Positions 20,245-31,000 of a DNA stretch of 64,000 nucleotides are shown here, piece by piece. The position numbers were made by a program, and so were the translations under genes. Each line of letters begins with the position of its first letter. Position 1 is the stretch's first letter. A model generated the notes under the pieces. The model was not told the DNA's origin. It saw only the letters and a program-made list of their open reading frames with translations, and ran no database searches. This stretch comes from Terriglobia bacterium (GTDB taxonomy: Bacteria > Acidobacteriota > Terriglobia > UBA7540 > JAPUME01): positions 3,141,664-3,205,663 of the forward strand of contig OZ244973.1 of the NCBI GenBank assembly GCA_965222885.1, read 5' to 3'.

Positions 20245-22044
20245 TTATGGCAACCGCTCCAACCACACCTTGTGGAGCGCCATCAACTCTCGACCGGCGA
20301 TAGACAGCGGCTTGATTTCAAGGCTTGCCGGACCTTTCGCTAATTCCAGGGTTCCGATGGTACGGGGTCGAAATACCTCTCGCCCCGGCGTAGATTCGAC
20401 CCGACCCTCCAGATGCACACTCCCCACCGAAACGCGAAACTTCGATCCTGCATCGGCGGGCGGACAGCCGTAGCTGAGCACCACCTCATATCGGCCGGCT
20501 TGAACCACATCGATCTTCCAACGAACCGAATCCTCCTCCTCGGTCCAATTGTCAACCGTGTCGCGGATATAGCGGTGGTAGGTTGGAAGAACCTTCCGTC
20601 CAACGGGTTCTCCCCAGGTGACGTCCAGCTCCACGGGATTCTCATCCTCCCGTCCCACCTCAATGGCCACCGGCGCGTAATCTTGTTCCGCCGTGACCTC
20701 GGCAAACCACTTTTCGACCTGATCCCGCAGCTCACCTACAATCCCGGGATGTTGGGAGGCGATGTCTTTTGACTCGCCGGGATCATTTTCCAGGTCGAAT
20801 AACTCGAGCTGGGGATTGGAATCTCCCACTGTGTTGGCCATGACCAGTTTGTAGCCTCGAGCGTTGCGCACGGCCCAGTTCGGCCCGAACAGGCGGCGGT
20901 CGTTAGGACCCACCGTGGCCGCCTGAGCCTCTGCCGGCATCAGGAGAGGCCGCACACGGTTCCATTGGTGAAACAGATACGGGTGAGGACTTTTTCCGGC
21001 CCCATTCCTCAGCAGCGAAACAATGCTCTTGCCGTCGATCTTGCGGTCGGAAGGCAACGGCACCCCGATCAGTTCCAGCAGAGTCGGGAACAGGTCGATG
21101 GATTGAGCCATGGCATGAACCTTCGCGCCGGCCGGGAAATGACCGGGCCAACGGGCAAGGAACGGCACCCTTACGCCGCCTTCATAGACCGAGCCCTTCT
21201 GGCCTCGCAGACCCGCCTTGAAGTGCCGGCTGACACCGCCATTGTCGCTCATGAAAATAACCACGGTGTTGTCCAAAAGGCCCAGCTCCGCCACGGCTTT
21301 CAGCAATCGAGAGACGTTTTCGTCGAGGCTCGTGATCATGCCGTAGATGCGCGCCTCACGCAGAGGCAGGCCTTTCTTAAGATACTTTTCAATAAAAGAG
21401 TCGGGCACCAGATAGGGGCTATGGGGGGCATTGAAAGGCAAATACAGCAGGAACGGATGGTGCCGATTGGAGCGGACGAATGTGATCGCCGCGTCGGTCA
21501 GCACGTCGGTGATATAACCGGTGGTGTCGATCGCCTCACGATTATGAAACAGTTCGTCACTGTCGAAATATCGGTTGATGAACCCGTATTGCCAAAACCC
21601 GAGGAACGCCTCGAACCCCTGGTGGTTGGGGTGGTACTTCAGGTAGCGGCCCAGATGCCATTTGCCGAATAGACCTGTCCGGTAACCCTGTTTTTGAAAC
21701 ACCTCACCGAAGGTGATCTCCTCGGACCGCAGCGTATCGCGTCCCATATAAGTGTCGAAAGCACCGGTCCGCTGATAATGACGGCCGGTCATCAAGGTGG
21801 CCCTCGTCGGGGTGCAAACCGGTGAGGCATAAAAGTGGGTGAACTCGACACTCTCGGCGGCAAGCCGGTCCAGCGCGGGTGTTTCGATGTCGGGATTTCC
21901 ATGCGCGCCCATATCCCACCAGCCCTGATCGTCCGTCACAATCAACACAATGTTGGGCTTCTCCTGAGCCGCCAAGCTCGTAATGCCAAGCCCGAAAACA
22001 AATATTCCGAAAAGGTAAAGGGGAGATTTTAAGTACCGCCTCAT
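20245..22044 (-). CDS. Secreted Cys-type sulfatase (arylsulfatase A family) with extra C-terminal beta-rich domain
   Basis: Signal peptide 'LYLFGIFVFGLGITSLAAQ', 'NIVLIVTDDQGWWD', formylglycine motif 'CTPTRATLMTGR', 'GKWHLG'. About 150 additional C-terminal residues. Confidence 0.9.
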   Translation of the reverse strand: MRRYLKSPLYLFGIFVFGLGITSLAAQEKPNIVLIVTDDQGWWDMGAHGNPDIETPALDRLAAESVEFTHFYASPVCTPTRATLMTGRHYQRTGAFDTYMGRDTLRSEEITFGEVFQKQGYRTGLFGKWHLGRYLKYHPNHQGFEAFLGFWQYGFINRYFDSDELFHNREAIDTTGYITDVLTDAAITFVRSNRHHPFLLYLPFNAPHSPYLVPDSFIEKYLKKGLPLREARIYGMITSLDENVSRLLKAVAELGLLDNTVVIFMSDNGGVSRHFKAGLRGQKGSVYEGGVRVPFLARWPGHFPAGAKVHAMAQSIDLFPTLLELIGVPLPSDRKIDGKSIVSLLRNGAGKSPHPYLFHQWNRVRPLLMPAEAQAATVGPNDRRLFGPNWAVRNARGYKLVMANTVGDSNPQLELFDLENDPGESKDIASQHPGIVGELRDQVEKWFAEVTAEQDYAPVAIEVGREDENPVELDVTWGEPVGRKVLPTYHRYIRDTVDNWTEEEDSVRWKIDVVQAGRYEVVLSYGCPPADAGSKFRVSVGSVHLEGRVESTPGREVFRPRTIGTLELAKGPASLEIKPLSIAGRELMALHKVWLERLP

Positions 22045-22408
22045 TGCCGGATTCCTATCCTCTCTTGCAAGAGATAAAGTGGGGACCTCCCTTCACCGGA
22101 AATGATGCAGGAATAAGATACCCACCTTCCCTGCCGGGTACGGTAAAGTTCGGTCACTCTTCGCGAACCCTATATACCTTAACCGGGGGCTGTCAATCCA
22201 GAAATGTGTATCAGGAGTCCGGCCAAGGGGAAGAATCCTCGGCCGATACCCCACGAAGGCGGGGGAATTGTCGCGGTGAACCGATTTGAGGTAAGCTGTG
22301 CGTGCTCACAGCAATAGGAGACGGGAAGAAGGAGACGCACACCGGGGGTGGTGCGCTCCGCCCGCTCCTGGATGGGCATGATTTCCACCGGAGAAGTACA
22401 AGGTAAAC

Positions 22409-23371
22409 GTGGATCGGCGCGATTTCCTGGCATGGGGTTTGGTGGCGGCTGCCGGCGGGCCATGGAGCACAGCCGTGTCTTCCGCATCACCGGACCTTTC
22501 CATGGTCGGAGCCAATACGGCCCTATCCGGCTACGGCCTATATGAGGCCATCAAAACGTTGCGGGAACTGGGATTCCGTACTGTTGAACTGCATCCCATG
22601 GGCGTCCCCGAGCCGACCCCCGGGCAATTTCCCGGCTTTCACTTCGATCGCATTTCCGACACCGAAAAACAGAAAATTCGAAAATTACTGCAGAGCTTTC
22701 GCCACGTCACGACTCACCTCCCTTACGCGGACCTCCATTTTTTCTCTCGTTTTGCGCCCGTGGCCGATTTTTCCATCCAGCAACTTAAAATCGCCATGGA
22801 AGCCACTTCGTTCCTCGGTGCCGAGTTGGGCGTGATTCACGTCACCCCTCCGGCAGGCAGAACTCTAAAAGCGGCTTGGCCGGAAATCATCCAACGATTC
22901 CGGGAGTGGGGCGACATGGCAGCGCGGGGAAATTTCCGCCTGGCCATCGAAACGGGCTATCCTCGCAACGTACGCGACTTTGTGCGTCTGATCCAGGAAA
23001 TTGACCATCACCAGGTAGGCTGCACTATCGACGTCGGCCATCAGAACCGTTACGAGGAATTCCTGGCCCAGGTAGAACCAAAAAAAACAGCCACGGCCGG
23101 CGGCATACGAGCCTATAACGATCTTACGCATGAAATCATCGACCAATTGGGCGCCAAGGTCTTTCACTTTCACATTGACGACATCGATCCGCAAACCTGG
23201 AAGGAACATAAACCGATCGGCACCGGCGTCATCGACTTTCCCCGCTTGATGCAGAAGTTGAATCGTATGAATTACAAGGGTTTGTTGGTCCTTGAAATTG
23301 GAGCTCCGGACATCCGGAAAAGTTTGGCGGATAGCAAGCACCGTTTGGAGCGGTTCCTCGCTGCCGGTTAG
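22409..23371 (+). CDS. Xylose-isomerase-like TIM-barrel protein (sugar phosphate isomerase/epimerase family), Tat signal
   Basis: 'MDRRDFLAWGLVAAAGG' is a twin-arginine signal. 'GFRTVELH', 'LAIETGY', 'TIDVGH' and 'HFHIDD' are metal-ligand-like motifs of the AP-endonuclease-2/TIM family. Confidence 0.75.
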   Translation: MDRRDFLAWGLVAAAGGPWSTAVSSASPDLSMVGANTALSGYGLYEAIKTLRELGFRTVELHPMGVPEPTPGQFPGFHFDRISDTEKQKIRKLLQSFRHVTTHLPYADLHFFSRFAPVADFSIQQLKIAMEATSFLGAELGVIHVTPPAGRTLKAAWPEIIQRFREWGDMAARGNFRLAIETGYPRNVRDFVRLIQEIDHHQVGCTIDVGHQNRYEEFLAQVEPKKTATAGGIRAYNDLTHEIIDQLGAKVFHFHIDDIDPQTWKEHKPIGTGVIDFPRLMQKLNRMNYKGLLVLEIGAPDIRKSLADSKHRLERFLAAG

Positions 23372-23548
23372 GCGCGACCCGGCTGTCAGAACCCAATGAG
23401 CGGACTGGCGGAAAACAACCGAAAATCAGAAAGCGCTGGACCTGAAATTTGACTGTCGGCAGGGTGAGATGCCGGGTGGCAGAGAAGTCCGTCTCCAAAA
23501 AAGAGCCGTCCGCCACCGGGAGATGATGCGGCATCCGCGCAACAGCAT

Positions 23549-24337
23549 TCAAGCCAACTCCTTCAGACAATCGTCGTCGAGCGGATCAAGCGGTGTAAAA
23601 TCGCGGTTGTTATGATGCCAGGCGCGATCCGTGCCGGTGCAGGCGTTGCTGACGGCGTTGTAGATCAAATACATGATCGCCCGCCGCCAGGGAGAGACAT
23701 TATTGGCCGAACCATGCACGACATTGCAGTGGGCAAAACAGACCGACCCGGCCGGCCCTATCAACGCTTCGATACTCTGCTCATCGGCCAGCCGCTGCAG
23801 AGTGGCGCGATCAAGATGATACAAAGCATACCCTTTCGCGTCCTTGTGAAGCTGGATCGAATCGATTAACCCATGACGATGTGAGCCGGGAACGACCAGG
23901 AGAGGCGACTTGACCGCCGTACAGTCGTCGATAAACACGGCTGCCATGATGCATCGCGGCGCATGCATGCCGTCAACCCGTTGCCACGCGGGGTAATCCT
24001 GGTGCCAATCCCATGCCGCGCCCCCGCCGAAGCCCTGTTTGGGATTCAAACGGCTCTGGTGGAGATACACAGCATCCGTTAACAGTTGGCGGGCCGGGCT
24101 CAACAGGCGTGGGAGCAGCGAGAGACGCCGGAATGGTTCGCAATACACATGCGCCCCAAAGACCAGTCTGGCGGCCGTAGGATCTTCTTTCTCGCGTATC
24201 ACTTCCGGTCCCTGGCGATCCAGGAGTTCCGGCATCGCCCTCTGCAGAATTGACGCCTCCGCGGTGTCCAACAAACCGGGGAAAAACAGGAAGCCCTGTT
24301 CCTTAAACTCTGCCATCTGGGCGTCGTTGAGTTTCAT
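23549..24337 (-). CDS. Phytanoyl-CoA dioxygenase (PhyH) family Fe(II)/2-oxoglutarate oxygenase
   Basis: 'AWDWHQDYPAW' (H-x-D) and 'NVVHGSANNVSPWRR' (distal His/Arg). ATG at 24337 is preceded by AAGGAG. The longer ORF to 24511 would overlap the upstream gene and is rejected. Confidence 0.75.
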   Translation of the reverse strand: MKLNDAQMAEFKEQGFLFFPGLLDTAEASILQRAMPELLDRQGPEVIREKEDPTAARLVFGAHVYCEPFRRLSLLPRLLSPARQLLTDAVYLHQSRLNPKQGFGGGAAWDWHQDYPAWQRVDGMHAPRCIMAAVFIDDCTAVKSPLLVVPGSHRHGLIDSIQLHKDAKGYALYHLDRATLQRLADEQSIEALIGPAGSVCFAHCNVVHGSANNVSPWRRAIMYLIYNAVSNACTGTDRAWHHNNRDFTPLDPLDDDCLKELA

Positions 24338-24381
24338 GATATTTTGCTCTCCTTCTTCACACCGCAAGGGGTATTCGCCGG

Positions 24382-25431
24382 CTAGGACACCGACAGGGCT
24401 ATGGGAACTTGACGTTGAATCGATTCCAGAACGGCAAGCACAACGGCAAGCGACCGAGTGCCGTCTCGGGCGTCTACGATCGATTTTTCCTCGTCCCTGA
24501 CCACCCGGCAAAAATGTTCAAGTTGAGATTTCAGCGGATCGGCCTGCGTCACTTGACGGCGTGACTTCTCCATGGGATGTTGCCAGCCCCTTGGATCGTC
24601 ATCCCCATAGCGCCACAACTCCATTCGCGGAAAGGCTAACGACCCCAGGGTGCCGAGAAAGTGATAGCAGCTCTCATCCGTGTGAAAATAATAGGGGTTC
24701 TCATGGGTGGTCGCCTCGTAGGACCAGGGAGAGGGTGTCGTGTCCGACGCCAAAACCGAACCCAGCGCTCCATTCTCAAACGAAAGCGAAATGCTCAAGG
24801 AATCCTCTACGTCAAGTTTTCGTGTCGCTGAGCTTGATTGAGCGTAAACCTGGCGGATTTCGCCACAGATGAAGCGCAGACTGTCGAGGTCGTGAACAAG
24901 ATTGATGAACGTCGGGCCGCCGCCGGGACGTCTGCATCGCCAATCCACGTCATAATAGTCCGCCGGCTTCAACAAGGCCCACAACACGGAAACGGCAACC
25001 AACTCGCCGAGCGCACCACGCTTGACCAGGGAGCGTGCTTCTTGAATGAGTGGACTATGGCGCCGGTGATGGCCAACCAAGACCCGGATTCCGGTGTCCT
25101 CAGCCACTTTAACGATGCGGTGTGCTCCCTGAAGGGTATCCGCAATCGGCTTCTCGATCAGAGCGTGCACGGATCGTTGGGCGCAGATCTCGGCAACAGC
25201 GGCGTTGCATTTATTAGGGGTACAGATAATCGCGCCTTGCGGCCTCTCGCGTTCCAGGAGCTCTTCAAGGTCTTGGTAAAACGGAACTCTGAATTCTTCA
25301 GCGACCGAGCTGCAACCGGAATCAACGTCACAAATGCCTGCGAGTGAGCAAGTGCTATTGGCATGGATAAGTTCTACATGTTTTTTACCGATCAGGCCGG
25401 CGCCTATGACCGACAATCTCACTGGATTCAT
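24382..25431 (-). CDS. Gfo/Idh/MocA family NAD(P)-dependent oxidoreductase
   Basis: N-terminal Rossmann motif 'LSVIGAGLIGKKHVELI', 'EKPIA' motif, and a family-typical C-terminal alpha/beta domain. Confidence 0.85.
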   Translation of the reverse strand: MNPVRLSVIGAGLIGKKHVELIHANSTCSLAGICDVDSGCSSVAEEFRVPFYQDLEELLERERPQGAIICTPNKCNAAVAEICAQRSVHALIEKPIADTLQGAHRIVKVAEDTGIRVLVGHHRRHSPLIQEARSLVKRGALGELVAVSVLWALLKPADYYDVDWRCRRPGGGPTFINLVHDLDSLRFICGEIRQVYAQSSSATRKLDVEDSLSISLSFENGALGSVLASDTTPSPWSYEATTHENPYYFHTDESCYHFLGTLGSLAFPRMELWRYGDDDPRGWQHPMEKSRRQVTQADPLKSQLEHFCRVVRDEEKSIVDARDGTRSLAVVLAVLESIQRQVPIALSVS

Positions 25432-25473
25432 ATCACTGACTTGGTGTGCGTGGTCTAACGGGCTATTTTAACC

Positions 25474-26126
25474 TTACTCTTGCGCAAAATCACCACTCGC
25501 GTACTCGTCCAGTAGATTAGTGACACTTTGCCTGCTGGGAAGGGGATCGTATTGGGGTCCTGTCTGCTGAACAGGTCGGGAGGAAATGATGAGCGGTAAG
25601 GTAGCCGAGAGCTTGGTGAGGGCGGGGAGTTGGAACGAGTCGGGGATGACCTCATAGAACTGCTCGGTATGGGTACGCTGGGCGCGTTCGACCCGGCCAT
25701 TGAGCTTGGGGCGAGCGGGGCGCCATGACCTCAGCGGCTAAAGCCGCCTTCCTGTCGGGACTCTTAGCGGCACGGCTGAAGCCGTGCCCTGACATCAAGG
25801 GGTCTGCATTCTCTGATTCGAGCGCCTCTTTTCCCTCATCTCCCCAAATCGGCGGCTGGCGCAGACCTTTCAGGTCTGCGTCCCATGATCCCCAACTCCC
25901 CCTCATCGCAGACCCAAGGGTCTGCCCCACCCCGTCCGGGAGGAAAAAGCCGGGCTGGCTCGATCTCGGCGGCGAACTCACTGCCGCCATCGACCTGTAT
26001 GTCCGGGACCGGAAACGGCATTCGCGGTTCGAGCGCATGGAGGAACTCGCTCGCCGTGAGGGCGGTAGCCCGCCGATGAGCTTCGACGACGTCCCAGCGA
26101 GACCTGTCTGTCCAGCAGACATGCAA
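25474..26126 (-). pseudogene. Degenerate IS481-like transposase remnant, split by a hairpin-rich insert
   Basis: Fragments 'DIQVDGGSEFAAEIE' (around 25974-25997) and 'ARPKLNGRVERAQRTHTEQFYEV' (around 25640-25713) lie in different frames. These two motifs are about 75 nt apart in the intact copy at 9939-10940 but about 272 nt apart here. The N-terminal half is missing. Confidence 0.6.
25716..25938. repeat. REP/MITE-like cluster of stem-loops ('GTAEAVP'-type hairpin repeat)
   Basis: Hairpins: GCGGCT..AGCCGC (25734-25747), GGCACGGC-TGAA-GCCGTGCC (25769-25788), CGCAGACCT-TTC-AGGTCTGCG (25860-25880), GCAGACCC-AA-GGGTCTGC (25908-25925), plus a further GGGTCTGC at 25800-25807. GGCACGGCTGAAGCCGTGCCC translates as GTAEAVP. 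The opposite strand gives 'SGHGFSRAAK'. From memory, both peptides recur in spurious acidobacterial ORFs. Confidence 0.5.
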
Positions 26127-26157
26127 GGATCAGGCGGGCGAAAGGACCCTGCTTAAG

Positions 26158-27441
26158 TTACCCTTCGATTTTTCTCGATGGCGAGATCCACAACCAAAGT
26201 GCCGCGGCCCCAAGTGCAACCACACTGGCGAAATCCAATGCATGGACCCACCCGAAGTGATGCGCAATGAGAGGGGTAAGAGTGGGCGAAATCACTCCAC
26301 CAAGGTTGCTGCCGGTATTCATAAGGCCGCCGGTGAATCCGGCCGTTCTTCCGGACATTTGGTTGGCGCTGGCCCAATAGGGGCCTTCTACTCCCAGGAT
26401 CAGGCCGGTACATATGGCCAGAATGGCGGCTGCCCAGTATGCGTTTTCAACCCGTGCCCCGATAGTCAGCAAGATAGCCGCACCCACCTGGCACCCCATC
26501 GGGACGATTCGTCTCCCCCAATCGATTCCCAATCCCGTCTTAATGAGTCGATCCGAGAGATAGCCGCACCCTAACGTGGTCAGGGCGGCGAGTATCCAGG
26601 GCACCGTAGTCAGCCAGGCGCTCTCTGCCTGTCCCATATGGCGAACCTGTTTCAGGTACAGGTAAAACCAGAAGACAAAAACATACGCCACATATCCGTC
26701 CAAAGCGTAACTGGCGACCAATCGCCACAAATTGCCGCTGGCTAACTGGGTCTTAATCGAAGGCGGACGGCTTGTCGGTTCGGAATGCAGCACGTCGCCT
26801 GCCTGGATCACATTCAGCTCAGCCGCATTCACGGCCCGATGTTGGGATGGGTAGTCCCGTACGTAAAGCGCCCAGACAACGGCGAGGAGCAGCGAAGACA
26901 CCGAGGCCATGTAAAAAGAACTTTGCCAGCTCCACCGAAGAATCATCCAAGAGACGAGAGGTGGCACTAAAAAAGAACCGATACTAACGCCGGAAAGAAC
27001 TAATCCGTTGGCACGGGCTCGTTCGCTTAATGGGAACCAATTCGTGACCGCGCGGGTGCTCGTGGGAAACATAGGCGCCTGAAAAATTCCAAAGAGGAAT
27101 CGCAGCACCATCAGGGCGTTCAAAACACTGAGTCCGGTCAGCAGGGAAATTCTCCCGATCATGCCGGACAAAAAAGTGAATATACCCCAGGTGGCCACTG
27201 CGCAGCCCAGTACTCTCCTCGGGCCAAAACGGTCGGCCAGCATCCCGCCCGGCACCTGGAAGAGAGTGTAGCCGAGCAAAAATGCGCTGAAAACAGTTCC
27301 CATTTGTGTCTGGGTGAGTTGGAAATCTTTCATGATGGAATCGCCTGCCACCGAGATATTGACGCGCTGAAAGAAGTTCACCATCGCTACAGTACATAGC
27401 AGACCACCCATTTTCCAACGTATCCGGCTCGCAATGCTCAT
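26158..27441 (-). CDS. MFS transporter (anion:cation symporter-like)
   Basis: 427 aa with about 12 hydrophobic segments. 'GGMLADRFGPRRVL' is MFS motif A. 'FFQRVNISVA' is typical of the ACS subfamily N-terminus. Confidence 0.85.
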   Translation of the reverse strand: MSIASRIRWKMGGLLCTVAMVNFFQRVNISVAGDSIMKDFQLTQTQMGTVFSAFLLGYTLFQVPGGMLADRFGPRRVLGCAVATWGIFTFLSGMIGRISLLTGLSVLNALMVLRFLFGIFQAPMFPTSTRAVTNWFPLSERARANGLVLSGVSIGSFLVPPLVSWMILRWSWQSSFYMASVSSLLLAVVWALYVRDYPSQHRAVNAAELNVIQAGDVLHSEPTSRPPSIKTQLASGNLWRLVASYALDGYVAYVFVFWFYLYLKQVRHMGQAESAWLTTVPWILAALTTLGCGYLSDRLIKTGLGIDWGRRIVPMGCQVGAAILLTIGARVENAYWAAAILAICTGLILGVEGPYWASANQMSGRTAGFTGGLMNTGSNLGGVISPTLTPLIAHHFGWVHALDFASVVALGAAALWLWISPSRKIEG

Positions 27442-28074
27442 AAAGTCGGCTCAATAACGGACAATCATCCGGCATGTCCTAGATTTTGGGACGTAAACGA
27501 GAATCTTCGATGTCAACCGTTACTTGGATCAAAATTCTGCACTAGCCGCCCTGTCGCGTCAAGCTCGGATGGCTATGGCCAGATTGCGATTGAGACCGGG
27601 GAGCCATTGGAAGTGCACGCCAAAATGGAAAGCAAGTAGCTCAGATCAAATTAAATCCTGGTACGGTATCTGTGGGTGCATAACCGCCATCAACCCAAGG
27701 TCCAGCCGGTAGAAGTGGAAAGTTGCCCCGATAAGTCCCACTTCCTTTGCACGCCGCATGAACTTTCCGGGGTAATCCATCGGATTACCTCTCAGTCCGC
27801 AGGAAGTCCGCCAATAACTAAACCTAAATCAGCCTGATTTTCTTTCAAAATCGCTAGTACTTCAAGTTTTGGAATTTCAAAAATCGGAGTAAAAGTCCCA
27901 GGGGTCGTCGTCCGATAGCCAGAATATTCGTAACTCCAGGCAGATAAAGTCATTAGCAACTTACTGCCGAGCGTCTTTACTTGGCAACAGAAATGCATAA
28001 TAATAGGTCTAGATAATCCTTATTCAAAAATATATAGCTATAATGGGCATCGGAGCGAAATTTTGGAGGTCGCC

Positions 28075-31000
28075 ATGAGACGCAGAAGTTCGATACTTGG
28101 GATTTCATGTATTTTGTTTGTCGCAACCCTACTTTTTACGACGGTGGGATTGTCGCAAACGACCAGCGGCACATTTAGGGGCACGGTCAACGATACAACC
28201 GGCGCGGTCATTCCCGACGCAGTGGTGCAACTCGCCGATACCGCCACAGGTGTCTCTCGGGATGCGACCACCGATTCTACCGGGCGATACGAATTTCTCA
28301 ATGTAGCTCCCGGTATATACGATTTTGCGGTAACGTTTACGGGATTTCAGACCTTAAGGAACCCCGGAGTGATACTGCGAGTAAACCAAGACGCGATCTT
28401 GGATTTTGTTTTGGAACCGGGCGCCGTCACCGAAGAGGTTACGATAACAAGTCAGGCTCCTTTGATCAATACGACCAACGCGACAGTTGGCACGGTGGTG
28501 GAGGAATCACGGATGACGCAGCTTCCGCTCAACGGCAGGCAGTTCAGTCAACTGATTCTTTTGACCCCGGGAGCTGTTCCTCGGGGTAGCGGCCAGCAGG
28601 GCGTTTTTGAGATTTCCAGTGATTTCGGCGGCATCAGTCCTGCGACCAATGGGCAACGCGGGGACCATAATAATTTCACTATTGACGGAGTGGCGAATAA
28701 TGAGCTGTTTTTCAATTTCTTTGCCATCAGCCCACCCCCGGACGCGATCCAGGAATTTAAGGTCCAGTCCTATATGTCCAGCGGCGCATTTGGCCGGGGC
28801 CCCGGGGCGAACGTCAACATTGCGACGCGTCGCGGCGGAAACCAGTTCCACGGTTCCGCGTGGGAATTCCTGCGAAATGACGTACTCGACGCCGCTGACT
28901 TTTTTGACAACCTGGTCGCTGACCTAAACGAACAGAATGGTCTGCCTCGGAAACCTGTCTTCCGCCAGAATCAGTTTGGGTTTACTGCCGGTGGGCCCAT
29001 CCGCCGGGAGAAAGCCTGGATCTTCGGCTATTATGAAGGGTTTCGGAAAGTATTGGGCAAGACCCAGTTTGGAACTGTTCCCACGGCGGCCCAACTGGGC
29101 GGGGACTTGTCGGGACTTCCGCAGATTTTCAACCCGTTTACCACGAGACAGGTGGGAACGGATCCGCAGGGCAACCCCATTTTTTCCAGAACTCCCTTCC
29201 CGAATAACCAGATTCCCGCAAACTTGCTGAATCCCACTTCGGTGGAATTGGCGAGGCTCTTTTATGGGGCTCCCAACATTCCTGCTGCTCCTGGAGAAGT
29301 TAATTTTCAGACCGCGGAGCCTTTCAGGACGGTTAGTGACCAGTTTGGAGTGCGGGCGGACGGTGTATTTCGTCAAAATACGGTGTACTTCAGCCGCTTT
29401 TCCTTCAGCGATGCGGAGAACGCTGATCCGGGTATTAATCCGGGTCTTCCTCTGAATTTAACCAACATTGCGCGGCAGGCAGTGGTCGGCGTAACGCACA
29501 CTTTCAACCCCACAACAGTACTGGATTTGCACGCTCAGTATCTGCGCACCGACATCCGTTTATTTAATCCCTGTGCTGACCCGAGTTTACTTGTGAGTAC
29601 CGGTCTGGCCCAGGATTTTCCGGCTCAAGTGGGCCTGGATTCTTGCCAACCCGGCATTAGCATGCAGGGTTTCGATGGCATCGCGGGAGGAACCCAGTTT
29701 CCTATCGGGCCGACCAACAGTTGGGAGTATCGGGGCACCTACACGAAGATCAAGGGTAAGCACACGGTTACCGTTGGAGGCTCTGTCACTCGCGAATGGT
29801 CGTATGTAAACGCTGGCTTCGCAAGCGGTAGCTTCGATAGATTCCCAACGAGTGACCCCCAGAACCCCGCCACGACAGGTGCGGGACTCGCTACTTATCT
29901 CTTGGGGCTACCTACAGGTGGCGCCCGACTAGAGGGAGATGCGGGTCAGCAGTTGTTTGGAAACTACTACGGTACGTTTGCAAATGATGAGTGGAAGGTG
30001 ACGCCCAACCTGACCTTAACTCTAGGTTTTCGCTACGACTATCACTCTCCTCTGCAAGAGGAGAGAGGACATATCTCCAGCCTGGATTGGGAAAACACCA
30101 CGCCCGACAACACGATTTGGCTGGTCGTCATCGACAACCCTCTTACCACGAATCCCTCCTATGGGAATCCGGCGAATGTCCGGTCAAGCCTCTTTGAGCC
30201 GGACCGAAATAACTTCGCGCCGCGGGTCTCCTTGGCTTACCGCTTGAGCCCCACTACTTCGCTCCGCGCAGGTTACGGAATCTTCTATGAGTACAATCAG
30301 TCCAATATCCAGAGTCAGGATGATATTATGGGACAGTGGCCCTTTAGCTACAACTTCTTTGCATCGGTAGGCTTAAACGCGCCGACTGCAGCCGATCCGA
30401 CACCGACCAACATTTTCGGTGTTAATTCCTTCCCGCCCCGGACGTTCGACAACGTGCCCCCTGCATCCCCCGGCTTTGCGGGCTGCCGGTTTTGCAAGAC
30501 TCCGTACGTGCAGGCCTGGAATATTGGAATTGAAAAGGCACTTGGGAATGACTGGTCAGTGTCGGTGAGCTATCTGGGTTCGAAGGGGACCAAGCTCGGT
30601 GGGACGCCCCGAATCAACACCGCCTCCACACCAGGACCGGGACCCATCACTCCTCGGCGTAGGCTACCGCAGTTTGATACCATCATACAGACCTCTACAT
30701 GGTTCAATAGCAATTACCACGCAGGGCAACTCAAGGTCGAAAGAAGGTTCTCCCAGGGACTGAACCTCCTCCTATCGTACACTTACAGCAAATCCCTTTC
30801 TGACGGACCCTCGGCTACGCACCAAGGTGGCTGGCAACAAAACGAGTTCGATCGGGCTGCTAATCGGGGGTTTTCCCTGTTTGATCTCACCCATAACCTT
30901 GTATTCAGTTATGTCTATGAGTTGCCAATTGGCCCGGGGAAGCCCTTCCTCAGCACGGGAGGCTGGGCGTCGAAACATCTCCTCGGCGGGTGGCAGATGA

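Noticed and set aside
22071-22084. Perfect 14-bp palindrome TCTCTTGCAAGAGA, 27 nt upstream of the sulfatase start, as a possible operator.
   Set aside because: About 64000/4^7, or roughly 4, such palindromes are expected by chance in this window. There is no second copy and no adjacent regulator gene.
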